Assembly (NCBI GenBank): GCA_002385475.1
Contig: DGDO01000021.1
Coordinates: 1-50,683, forward strand
Reading direction: 5' to 3'
DNA: 50,683 bases
Source of the DNA: Candidatus Sordicultor fermentans
GTDB lineage: Bacteria; Atribacterota; Atribacteria; Atribacterales; Caldatribacteriaceae
Position numbers and translations under genes: made by a program
Shown here: positions 30,657 to 39,372 of the stretch, piece by piece
How the letters are laid out: each line of letters starts with the position of its first letter
Position numbering within the stretch: the stretch's first letter is position 1
Notes under the pieces: generated by a model
Databases searched by the model: none
What the model was told of the DNA's origin: nothing
What the model saw: only the letters and a program-made list of their open reading frames with translations

Positions 30657-31850
30657 ATGAAAAAAGTAAAAATAATAGTAATAATTGTATTGATGGTCCT
30701 CTTTATTTCGGTATCGGAAGGGAAAGAAAGGGCTCTGTTTATTGATTCTACTTCTTCTCAGGTCTTCACACCTCTTCGCTTGTTCTTAGAAAGAGGTGAA
30801 AGATGGGAATGGATAGAAATATCTCCTGCTTTGCAGGGGGCAGAAGGTCTTGATTTCTCTGAGCTTCAAGAGAAATGTGACTTTTTATTCCGGGGTTATG
30901 AAAGAGACGATCTGCTATTTTTTGAGGTTGTAGATTTAAAGACCTCCTCCAAAATCCTGGCTTTAGTGAGAAAAAAAGAAGACGAGGATTATATGTTAGA
31001 AGAGCTAAAAGAGAAACTGGCCAGGGAGTTTACCTTTCATCGAGAAATCAAAATCATCTTTGTGAGGGAAGAATACGGGAAAAGTTCTATTATTTTCTCC
31101 GACATAGAAGGAAGAAGGCAAATTCCTGTCTATACCACCGAAGAAGCCTATATAGAAAGTCCCCTCTTGTCTCCTGATACTCGCTACCTGATATTTGTTT
31201 TAGACAGGGGCTGGGGGAAAGGGATTTATCGGCTCAACTTAGAAAATGGAAAAGTGGGAACATTGAGCGTGACTGATTTTAAGGATTACTCTCCGGCTCT
31301 TTCTTCTCGAGGCCATAAAATAGCCTTTGTCTCCGAACGAAAAAATAAACAGAGTATTTTCCAGATGAATATAGATGGCTCTTCCCAGGAGCCGCTGATA
31401 GAAAAAGACAATCTCCTCCAGTGGCCAGCTTTTTCCCCTGACGATCGATACCTGGCTTATTGTGAGCTAATTAATGGGCAGTGGTCATTAAAATTGCATG
31501 ACCTTCTAACTCAGGAGGAAAAAGATTTTGATTTTCCTTTAAACGTAAAACAACCTGTTTTTGCTTCAGGAGGCAAGAGAATCATTTTTGTGGGAGAAGA
31601 AGGGGGAAATTCAGACATATATTTATTAGATTTAGTAAACCAGAACTTAACCCGTCTCACCTACGATAATTCCCCCAAAGAAAATCCCTTTCCCTCTCCT
31701 GACAACAATTGGGTGGCTTTTTCTTCCCAGAAAGAGGGTAATAACTGGGATATATTTCTATTAGATATGATGAAGGGAACAACAAAACGTCTCACTTCTT
31801 CCTGGGGTCGAGAAACTCATCCCAGTTTTTCTCCCTTCCCGGTTTACTAA
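30657..31850 (+). CDS. TolB-like periplasmic beta-propeller protein (PD40/WD40-like repeats) with signal peptide
   Basis: The start was taken at ATG 30657 (MKKVKIIVIIVLMVLFISVSEG is the signal peptide). The upstream part of the 517-aa ORF is antisense to the neighbouring gene. There are five or six PD40-type repeats (SPDTRYLIFV, SPALSSRGHKIAFVSER, PAFSPDDRYLAY, PVFASGGKRIIFVGE, PSPDNNWVAFSS, HPSFSP). Confidence 0.8.
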   Translation: MKKVKIIVIIVLMVLFISVSEGKERALFIDSTSSQVFTPLRLFLERGERWEWIEISPALQGAEGLDFSELQEKCDFLFRGYERDDLLFFEVVDLKTSSKILALVRKKEDEDYMLEELKEKLAREFTFHREIKIIFVREEYGKSSIIFSDIEGRRQIPVYTTEEAYIESPLLSPDTRYLIFVLDRGWGKGIYRLNLENGKVGTLSVTDFKDYSPALSSRGHKIAFVSERKNKQSIFQMNIDGSSQEPLIEKDNLLQWPAFSPDDRYLAYCELINGQWSLKLHDLLTQEEKDFDFPLNVKQPVFASGGKRIIFVGEEGGNSDIYLLDLVNQNLTRLTYDNSPKENPFPSPDNNWVAFSSQKEGNNWDIFLLDMMKGTTKRLTSSWGRETHPSFSPFPVY

Positions 31851-32032
31851 AAAACAGATTACCATTATAATTGTAGGGAGTTATGTTTAATCGGGGAGAA
31901 GAGATAGAACTCTGCCCTTCCAATATTGCTTTTTTGCATTTTTTGTCCCCGACTGTAAGGAGTTTGCTCTTTATCAAAAGTTAAAAGAAAGCAAAAGAGC
32001 CATAGAAATAGCTCTTTTAATTATATGTACTG

Positions 32033-32058
32033 ATTGCAACTGGCGATTGCAACTGGCG
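32033..32058. repeat. perfect tandem duplication of a 13-mer (GATTGCAACTGGC x2) in an intergenic region
   Basis: Read directly from the sequence: 32033-32045 and 32046-32058 are identical. Confidence 0.9.
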
Positions 32059-32331
32059 GGAGGTCAAAACTTTAAAGTATACATTACCCCGAGAGTTAGA
32101 AGTCTGTTCTGGTAATTATTTGAAAGCTTTGTGGGGAGTCCGGGAAATGCCTTCCCTGTTTTTAGTCAACTCTCAAATATGGTAATAGGAAAAAGAGAAG
32201 GGAACCTCACCAAAAAGACTCTGGCTGGCCTCCCCAAAACGAATAATAATAAAACAATCAGAGAAAAAAACAGCTCTTCCTGCATCTCGGGATTCTGTTA
32301 CTGACTTATAAAAAGAAAAGGAGAAAATACC

Positions 32332-33087
32332 ATTCCTGAAAAATGGGAAGAAACACTAAAAGACCTCTGGGAAAGGAAAATAACTCCTGAGGAAGCCAAG
32401 CAAAAACTGCGAAATTACCCCTTTGAAGACTTAGGGTTTGCTAAAATTGATTATCATCGAGGTATTCGCAAGGGATTTCCCGAGGTAATTTTCTGTCCGG
32501 GAAAAACTAAAGAAGAAATCCTAACCATAATGCAAAAATTAGCTACGGAATATCCCAATATTTTAGCTACCAGAGCTAATGAAGAGATTTATGAGGTGGT
32601 TAAATCGTCCCTGCCTGATGCTCGTTATCATCCCGAAGCCCGGGCCATATTTTTGGAGCGAGAGCCTCGAGAGAAAAAGGGAAAAATCGCTTTAGTGAGT
32701 GCTGGGACTTCTGATCTACCCATAGCCGAAGAAGCTGCTCTTACTGCTGAGATTGCGGGAAGCAAAGTAGAAAGAATCTTTGATGTAGGCATTGCCGGCC
32801 TGCATCGCCTGTTACCCTATCTTCCCAAACTGTGGGAAGCCAACGTCATCATCGCTGTGGCAGGTATGGAAGGAGCCCTGCCCGGGCTTCTTGCCGGGTT
32901 GGTAAATAGGCCTATTATTGCTGTCCCTACCAGCACTGGATATGGAGCCAATTTAAGAGGAATTACTCCTCTTCTTACCATGCTCAATAGCTGCTCTCCG
33001 GGGGTAGCGGTGGTAAACATAGACAATGGGTTTGGAGCTGGCTTTTTAGCCCATATGATAAATCAATTAGCTGAAGGGGTGAGATAA
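32332..33087 (+). CDS. larB: LarB, pyridinium-3,5-biscarboxylic acid mononucleotide synthase (PurE-like), apparently with a non-canonical ATT start
   Basis: The ORF track starts at ATG 32530, but the frame is open back to 32305. The upstream segment encodes ...ITPEEAKQKLRNYPFEDLGFAKIDYHRGIRKGFPEVIFCPGKT, the conserved LarB N-terminal region. No ATG, GTG or TTG lies in frame upstream. ATT at 32332 is preceded by AGGAG with 8-nt spacing. The C-terminal part has the PurE-like AGMEGALPGLLAGL...IAVPTS.GYG pattern. Confidence 0.75.
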   Translation: MPEKWEETLKDLWERKITPEEAKQKLRNYPFEDLGFAKIDYHRGIRKGFPEVIFCPGKTKEEILTIMQKLATEYPNILATRANEEIYEVVKSSLPDARYHPEARAIFLEREPREKKGKIALVSAGTSDLPIAEEAALTAEIAGSKVERIFDVGIAGLHRLLPYLPKLWEANVIIAVAGMEGALPGLLAGLVNRPIIAVPTSTGYGANLRGITPLLTMLNSCSPGVAVVNIDNGFGAGFLAHMINQLAEGVR

Positions 33088-34266
33088 TTGGGTAATTTTC
33101 TTTATCTGGATTGCTTTTCAGGAGTGAGTGGAGATATGTTTTTGAGCTCTCTTTTAGATCTGGGAATTTCCCCTTCTCTTTTTATTTCCGAAATTAAAAA
33201 GATATCAATCCCTTTTGAAATAGAAATAGAAAAAGTCCAGAAACAGAACATCTCCGCCACTCAAGTAAAAATAAGAGAAGAAGAACACTACCATCATCGC
33301 CCGGCAAGAGAGCTAATTCGCATCATCCAGGAAAGCCCTTTTCCCCCTTCTATAAAAGAAAAAGCTCAGGAAATCGTCTGGAAAATTGCTGAAGTAGAAG
33401 CCAAAATTCATGGAGCCGACCCCCAGGAAATTTACCTTCATGAAGTAGGAGGAGCAGATACTTTGGTAGATGTAATAGGAGTGTTAATGGCGCTCCATAT
33501 GTTAGGAATAGAGGAAATTCGCTCTTCCCCCATTCCCACAGGTCACGGCTGGGTCGAAACTGCTCACGGTCGACTTCCTATACCCGCTCCTGCTACTTTA
33601 GAGCTTTTGCGAGGAATACCTGTTTATTCAGGAGAAATAGAGGGAGAGCTAACCACTCCCACTGGAGCAGCTCTTGTATCTTCCCTGAGTGAATCTTTTG
33701 GTGATTTACCCCCTTGCCAGATAGAAAAAGTAGGCTATGGAGCAGGAGAAAAAGACTATCCTCACCCCAACGTTTTGCGAGCTATAATGGGGAAAAGAGA
33801 AAGTCGCCTCAAAGAAGAAAAAAACCTGATGATAGAAACCAATATCGACGATATGTCTCCTCAGGTTGTAGAATACCTCACCGAAAAGCTTTTTCAAGCA
33901 GGAGCTCTGGATGTTTTCATTACTCCCATTTTTATGAAGAAACAAAGACCGGCTTTTCAGCTCTCGGTAATTGCCCCTCCTTTCCTGAAAAGTAAAATAG
34001 AAGAAATAATTTTAAAGGAAACTACCACTCTGGGAGTGAGAGAATACCAGGTAGATAAATACTTCCTCCCTCGAGAGGAGATAGAAATACTCACTCCCTG
34101 GGGTAAAGTGAGAGGTAAACTGTCTTACTGGGGAGAAATGGTTAAAATTACTCCGGAATACGAAGATTGCAAAAAAATAGCCGCCCAGGAAAAAATACCC
34201 CTTCTTCAGGTAATACAGGAAGCCCAGAGAGAAGGAGAAAAAATCGCCGAAGGAAAATGTTTTTAG
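33088..34266 (+). CDS. larC: LarC, nickel-pincer cofactor nickel insertion protein (DUF111 family), TTG start
   Basis: The N-terminus LYLDCFSGVSGDMFLSSLLDLG and HEVGGADTLVDVIG are characteristic LarC/DUF111 motifs. The length is 392 aa. It starts 1 nt after the larB stop. Confidence 0.9.
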   Translation: MGNFLYLDCFSGVSGDMFLSSLLDLGISPSLFISEIKKISIPFEIEIEKVQKQNISATQVKIREEEHYHHRPARELIRIIQESPFPPSIKEKAQEIVWKIAEVEAKIHGADPQEIYLHEVGGADTLVDVIGVLMALHMLGIEEIRSSPIPTGHGWVETAHGRLPIPAPATLELLRGIPVYSGEIEGELTTPTGAALVSSLSESFGDLPPCQIEKVGYGAGEKDYPHPNVLRAIMGKRESRLKEEKNLMIETNIDDMSPQVVEYLTEKLFQAGALDVFITPIFMKKQRPAFQLSVIAPPFLKSKIEEIILKETTTLGVREYQVDKYFLPREEIEILTPWGKVRGKLSYWGEMVKITPEYEDCKKIAAQEKIPLLQVIQEAQREGEKIAEGKCF

Positions 34267-34610
34267 CCTGACTTGCTATTTCCTCTATAATAATTCTCAT
34301 TTACCTACACCGGCTATTACAAAAATCTAATACTCCCGAGAGCTTTTATCAGCTGAACACAGGGTAAATTCTGATGTTATTATTTAGCTTCCCTTCCCGG
34401 TTATAGTATCCTGCAAAACCTGTCGTAATTGCTACCCTTAGTGGAATAGAAAACTATGATGGAAATTTGCCGTTTTACCCCAGATCATTGATTCTCCTTT
34501 CGACGATTAGACATGTTGACTGTATTTTACACCTCAAAGATACAAAACCAGTAGCCTAATTTGATAAACAGGGTATCACCGAATCTGGAGTAATTTAATT
34601 CCTCATATTT

Positions 34611-34623
34611 TTTCACAATGAAA
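34611..34623 (+). promoter_or_regulatory. candidate operator copy 1 (TTTCACAATGAAA) upstream of the ROK regulator promoter
   Basis: This is a 13-nt palindromic element (TTTCA-N3-TGAAA), identical to the copy at 34678-34690. It is nested inside an 8-bp inverted repeat, TAATTCCT (34596-34603) / AGGAATTA (34623-34630). Confidence 0.45.
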
Positions 34624-34634
34624 GGAATTAGGTA

Positions 34635-34664
34635 TTGACTTTTTCCGTTGTTTTGAACTATACT
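34635..34664 (+). promoter_or_regulatory. candidate sigma70-type promoter of the ROK regulator / sugar uptake locus
   Basis: TTGACT (34635-34640), an 18-nt spacer, then TATACT (34659-34664). Confidence 0.45.
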
Positions 34665-34677
34665 CATAGCAAGATTA

Positions 34678-34690
34678 TTTCACAATGAAA
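34678..34690 (+). promoter_or_regulatory. candidate operator copy 2 (TTTCACAATGAAA) just downstream of the -10 element
   Basis: It is an exact repeat of 34611-34623. It lies between the predicted transcription start and the start codon at 34709. Confidence 0.45.
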
Positions 34691-34708
34691 AAATTAGGGT
34701 GTTACTAA

Positions 34709-35887
34709 ATGTCGAGAAGCCAAAAATCTTTAAACAGCACCCGTGTGGTTCGTTTATTCAATGTTAATTCCCTCTTAAGAACCCTCTACCGTGAGGGGGG
34801 TTGCTCACGAACTAAATTGGCCAAAGTTACTCACATGAGTCCTGCCACGGTAAGCAGAATAATATCAGAATTGGTAGACCAACAAATAATTATCGAAAAA
34901 GGAACAGGTAAATCCAGTGCGGGACGTAAGCCGACGATCCTTCAGCTTAACTATGAAAAGATTTATATAGCCGGTGCATGTATATCCCGAGACCAGGTGG
35001 GTTTGGCCATCGCTGACCTCAAGGGGAAAATACTCTCTAAGAGATATTTCCAGCCCTACTCTTTAGAGCCTGAATCCCTGATTAAGGAGCTGGTGCATGA
35101 ACTTAATCTGTTGGTCCAGGAGACTAGTATCAACCAGGAATATATCCTGGGGCTGGGACTGGCAATCTCGGGTATCGTAGATAGCGAACAAAAGACTCTG
35201 GTGCGTTCAGTTAACTTAGGCTGGCGGGAAGTGAAAATTGGAGAAATTTTGGAAAAGGAGCTGGAACTCCCGGTATTAGTAGAAAACGATGCTAACGCAG
35301 CAGCACTGGCAGAATTGTGGTTTGGTGGAGCTACTGAAGTAAGAAATTTTTTATACATTAAAACTGATACCGGTGTGGGGTCGGGCATAATTTCTGAACG
35401 CAACTTGTTGACCGGTCCCCGAGGAATAGCAGGAGAAATTGGCCATCTGTGCTTTATACCAGATGGTAGAAAATGTCGGTGCGGCTTACACGGGTGTTTA
35501 GAAACGTATCTGTATGCTCCTGATATTACGAGAAGATATGAAGAGAAAACAGGTAAACATTTAGAAAGTATTTTTCATCTGAAGGAAAAAGTTCAGGAAG
35601 GTGACTCAGTAGCAAATAAAATAGTGGATGAGGCCGCAGAAGCACTATCTATTGCCGTTTTATTCGCTGCTGGCCTGCTTGACCTGGATTTAGTAGTCAT
35701 TGGAGGTGCATGGGGAGCGCTGGGCGATGACTTTTTAAACCTCATCAGAGAAAAAACTATGGATAGATGGGAAAGGTCTGGTATCGGTAGGATAGTTCCG
35801 GTAACCGGATCCCAGCTGGGGGAGTCGAGCGACCTCCTAGGCGCGGTGGGTCTTGTCATTCACCGCTGGTTAGCCTCTCCCATATAA
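34709..35887 (+). CDS. ROK-family transcriptional regulator (NagC/XylR-like)
   Basis: The N-terminal wHTH (RTKLAKVTHMSPATVSRIISELVDQQII) is followed by a ROK sugar-kinase-like fold (ENDANAAALAE) and the ROK zinc motif GHLCFIPDGRKCRCGLHGCLE. Confidence 0.9.
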   Translation: MSRSQKSLNSTRVVRLFNVNSLLRTLYREGGCSRTKLAKVTHMSPATVSRIISELVDQQIIIEKGTGKSSAGRKPTILQLNYEKIYIAGACISRDQVGLAIADLKGKILSKRYFQPYSLEPESLIKELVHELNLLVQETSINQEYILGLGLAISGIVDSEQKTLVRSVNLGWREVKIGEILEKELELPVLVENDANAAALAELWFGGATEVRNFLYIKTDTGVGSGIISERNLLTGPRGIAGEIGHLCFIPDGRKCRCGLHGCLETYLYAPDITRRYEEKTGKHLESIFHLKEKVQEGDSVANKIVDEAAEALSIAVLFAAGLLDLDLVVIGGAWGALGDDFLNLIREKTMDRWERSGIGRIVPVTGSQLGESSDLLGAVGLVIHRWLASPI

Positions 35888-36066
35888 TCGAGTTGCCCGG
35901 ATAGAGATAGTGGATTTATCAGCCTTTGCTGATTATCTAAAAAAACAACGGAGGTGATGTTAGAAATCAGGAAAGCATCTAAAAGGATAGTGGAGTTAGG
36001 CAAATCGTGTTAGTTTCGTTAGAAGACAAAGGTGCCTGATTTTAGAGTTTAAAAGGAGGTGTACAT

Positions 36067-37389
36067 ATGTTCAAGAAATCTCGAATGATTTCGATTTTAC
36101 TGGCTGCTTTTCTGGTGGTTGCGGTTGTGAGCGGGCTATCAGCTCAGGAACAGATTACCCTGAAGGTTCTCAACTATCTAGACCTTACCTCACCCGGCAC
36201 AGAAAGAGAAATTAAAGAAATCTGGGAAGCTTTTGAGAAAAATAACCCTGATATCAAGATTGAGCGCGAAGATCTGTTCGGAGAACCTTTCCATCAAAAA
36301 CTGGAAGCCTATGCTGCAGCAGGTAACCTTCCCGATGTCATTTATATGTGGCCTGGTGCGCGTTCTGCAACACTGCATGATAAAAAACTGGTAAAAGACC
36401 TCGCTCCCTTCTTAGGTGATATGGCCGATGAGTTTGTCCCCGCTGCAGTAGACCCTAATAACCAGCGTGGTAAGTATTTAGCTATGATTCCGATAGGAAT
36501 AACCGCCACTCATATGCTTTATGTAAACCAGGAAATGTTGAATGATTTAGGCCTTAATATGCCTGAAACCTATGATGAACTAAAAACCATGGTTCCCAAG
36601 TTACAGGAGGCAGGTAAGGATGTAGTTATTATGGGCGCCCAGGACGACTGGGTAATACAGTCTGTTCTTTTCAGCATGATTGTCGGGCGCTTAGCGGGTG
36701 ATGCGTTTATAGATAAGATTCTCGCTGGAGAGGCCAAATTCACTGATGAACCATTTGTATCTACCCTTAAATTCTACCAGCAACTTTTTGATGATGGTGT
36801 GCTCACCCCAGACATTGTTATGACTCCCTATGGAACATCACCTGCACTGTTTGCAGCTGGCGAAGCACCATTCACAATCGATGGTGACTGGAGAGTGGGA
36901 GCATTTCTCACTGACCCTGCGACAGGTGAAGCACTTATTCCACCTGAAAAACAAGATAACATCCTCCTCACCATTTTTCCCGCCATTCCCGATGAGGTAA
37001 CTCCCAATAGTACTTCTATGGTATTAGCCACCGGATTCGGCATGAGCGCTGCTATACCAGATAACTCTCCTAAGGAAGAAGCAGCTTGGAGGCTTATCTC
37101 CTGGCTCGTATCTCCTGAAGTGCAAAAGATTCGTCTGGAAACTGGTGCTGCTATTCCCTCCAGAAAGGGAATAACCGCCGAGGGCTTAGAACCTCTCGTC
37201 GAGCAGCGACTTCGCTTCTATGAAAAATATGTGGGAACTTATGTGCTCGATGATGTTCTACCACCTGAGGCATATATGCCAATTAATGTCGGACTCCAGG
37301 AAATCGCACTGGGAATGTCCACCCCGGAAGATGTAGCTGCCAAAGTTCAGAAAGGTTATGAAGAGTGGATAGCAGGGTTAGAGGAATAA
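36067..37389 (+). CDS. ABC transporter extracellular solute-binding protein (family 1, carbohydrate type)
   Basis: It has an N-terminal signal peptide (ISILLAAFLVVAVVSGLSAQE), a 440-aa length, an overall family-1 sugar SBP pattern and a strong RBS (AAGGAGGTG). Two MalF/MalG-type permease genes follow. Confidence 0.85.
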   Translation: MFKKSRMISILLAAFLVVAVVSGLSAQEQITLKVLNYLDLTSPGTEREIKEIWEAFEKNNPDIKIEREDLFGEPFHQKLEAYAAAGNLPDVIYMWPGARSATLHDKKLVKDLAPFLGDMADEFVPAAVDPNNQRGKYLAMIPIGITATHMLYVNQEMLNDLGLNMPETYDELKTMVPKLQEAGKDVVIMGAQDDWVIQSVLFSMIVGRLAGDAFIDKILAGEAKFTDEPFVSTLKFYQQLFDDGVLTPDIVMTPYGTSPALFAAGEAPFTIDGDWRVGAFLTDPATGEALIPPEKQDNILLTIFPAIPDEVTPNSTSMVLATGFGMSAAIPDNSPKEEAAWRLISWLVSPEVQKIRLETGAAIPSRKGITAEGLEPLVEQRLRFYEKYVGTYVLDDVLPPEAYMPINVGLQEIALGMSTPEDVAAKVQKGYEEWIAGLEE

Positions 37390-37422
37390 CACAAAAGTAA
37401 AGAGGTAAGCAAACAACACCCT

Positions 37423-37474
37423 GAAGCGATCCTGCACCATAAGAAGAGACAACCATGCAGGGTCGCTTCTTTTC
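37423..37474 (+). terminator. intra-operon Rho-independent terminator/attenuator after the solute-binding protein gene
   Basis: GAAGCGATCCTGCA (37423-37436) pairs with TGCAGGGTCGCTTC (37456-37469), a 14-bp stem with one G-U pair. It is followed by CTTTTCC. Confidence 0.6.
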
Positions 37475-37538
37475 CATCAATCTTGAAACACTGACCTTTC
37501 GTTTTCAGGTGGAATAGCTGAACAGACACTCTACGGAG

Positions 37539-38456
37539 GTGAAGGTGGTGAAACCATCACGTCATAGCACAAAGAGTGAAGAACGCCGGGCATACTGGCT
37601 ATTAGTTTTGCCCGCCGTAGTTATATACTGGGCAGTTACGGCTTTCCCGCTTTTCTTTTCCATTATCTTAAGTCTGACCAACTACAGTGGTGGACCAATA
37701 TTTGCTTTTGATTTTAAATTCGTAGGCCTCAACAACTATATCCGTATGTTCAAAGATCCCTATTTCTGGATTTCCCTCAAGAACAACGCCTATATAATAC
37801 TAGTTTCGGTTTTCGGACAAATACCCCTGGGTTTTATTTTTGCTTATGCAATTTTTAGAAAGCTGGTCCGTTTCGGAGACTTCTTCCAAACTATGATTTA
37901 CCTGCCAGCTGTGATTTCACCCATCGTAGTTGGCATTTTGTGGCAGACATTTTTCTCCCCTTATGGTCCGCTTACCAAAATAGTGCAGCATTTCAAGCCC
38001 GGATGGCGAAGCACTTTCCTTCTCGATCCCAAGCGGGCTATCATACCGGTCCTTTTTGTAATATTGTGGATGTATACTGGAACTTACCTGATTATTTTTT
38101 TAGCTAACTTACAAAAATTTGAACCCTCCATTCTGGAAGCAGCCAAAATTGACGGAGCTACCGAATTCCAGACTCTCTGGTACGTCATACTTCCCGCTCT
38201 CTCAGGGGTGATTGTAACTACCGTTATTCTTGCCATTTCTGGCTCTCTGAAAAGCTTCAACCTTATTTTCGCCATGACTGGAGGCAACCCTGCTCGGAGA
38301 ACATCAGTATTAGCTCTCTACATGTATGACACCGCGTTCCGAGGTGCGCCAAACTATCCTATGGCCAGTGCGATTTCCATGTTCATCGTCATGTTGAGCA
38401 TCATATTGATTATTTTTACCAAGGCAGTAGAAAATCGGTATGGAGGCAGGGAATAA
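37539..38456 (+). CDS. carbohydrate ABC transporter permease (MalF/UgpA-like); the true start is probably GTG at 37545 or 37548
   Basis: It has six predicted hydrophobic segments and an EAA loop (EAAKIDGATEFQTLWYVILP). GGAGG at 37535-37539 overlaps the first GTG, so a downstream GTG fits better. Confidence 0.88.
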   Translation: MKVVKPSRHSTKSEERRAYWLLVLPAVVIYWAVTAFPLFFSIILSLTNYSGGPIFAFDFKFVGLNNYIRMFKDPYFWISLKNNAYIILVSVFGQIPLGFIFAYAIFRKLVRFGDFFQTMIYLPAVISPIVVGILWQTFFSPYGPLTKIVQHFKPGWRSTFLLDPKRAIIPVLFVILWMYTGTYLIIFLANLQKFEPSILEAAKIDGATEFQTLWYVILPALSGVIVTTVILAISGSLKSFNLIFAMTGGNPARRTSVLALYMYDTAFRGAPNYPMASAISMFIVMLSIILIIFTKAVENRYGGRE

Positions 38457-39322
38457 TGAACAATACAGCAACACCTCAAGTAAAGAAAAGACCAGAAGAG
38501 ATTGGTATTTTACCCCAGACAATCATGTATTTAATACTTTTTGGTTTTACCATATTAACCTTATACCCCCTTATATGGATGGTTATAAATTCTTTTAAAA
38601 CCACTCAGGAGTTTCTCATGAACCCCCTGGGGCTACCCAACAGATGGTTTTTTAAAAACTATCCCCTGGCCTGGCGTTTAGCCAATTTTTCTACTCTGTT
38701 TCTCAACAGTATCCTGTATACCGGCATATCGACTATCGGCATAATCTTTTTTTCGCTAGCAGCTGCCTTCGCCTTTGCTAAAATCAAATCAAAGGCTACC
38801 TCCTTCCTGTATGGAGGCTTTCTGATAGGAATTCTGTTCACTATCGAATCACTTATGATTCCCTTGTACCTGATGTCTTTCACTCTTGGCCTGACTGATA
38901 CGCGCATTGGCGTCCTAATCCCCTACATCGGGTTAGGCCTTCCCATTGGTATCTATCTTTGTACTGAGTTTATAAAAAGCTTACCTGATTCGGTAGTAGA
39001 GGCAGCCAGAATTGATGGAGCAAGCTATTTCAAGATATTTCTCTATATCATCATACCCATGGCCAAACCAGTGATTGCCACAGTGGCCATAATGAATGCT
39101 CTGGGAATCTGGAACGAATTCATGCTCATAAATATTCTTGTCTCCCGCAGCGACCTCTTATCGTTGCCGGTAGGAATTATGAAATTTTCAGGAGCGTTAG
39201 CTTCTGACTATGGTAAACAATTTGCTGCTCTGGTTATTGGAACAGTACCCACCGTTAGCTTTTACCTTGTTCTCCGTAATCGTATTACTCAAGGTGTAGC
39301 AGCCGGAGCAACCAAAGGCTAA
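38456..39322 (+). CDS. carbohydrate ABC transporter permease (MalG/UgpE-like)
   Basis: It has an EAA loop (EAARIDGASYFKIFLYIIIP) and six hydrophobic segments. Its ATG overlaps the preceding stop (TAATG). Confidence 0.9.
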   Translation: MNNTATPQVKKRPEEIGILPQTIMYLILFGFTILTLYPLIWMVINSFKTTQEFLMNPLGLPNRWFFKNYPLAWRLANFSTLFLNSILYTGISTIGIIFFSLAAAFAFAKIKSKATSFLYGGFLIGILFTIESLMIPLYLMSFTLGLTDTRIGVLIPYIGLGLPIGIYLCTEFIKSLPDSVVEAARIDGASYFKIFLYIIIPMAKPVIATVAIMNALGIWNEFMLINILVSRSDLLSLPVGIMKFSGALASDYGKQFAALVIGTVPTVSFYLVLRNRITQGVAAGATKG

Positions 39323-39372
39323 AAATTTCCGGGTCACCCCCATTCATTACTGTTTAAAAAGGAGGAAAAAAG

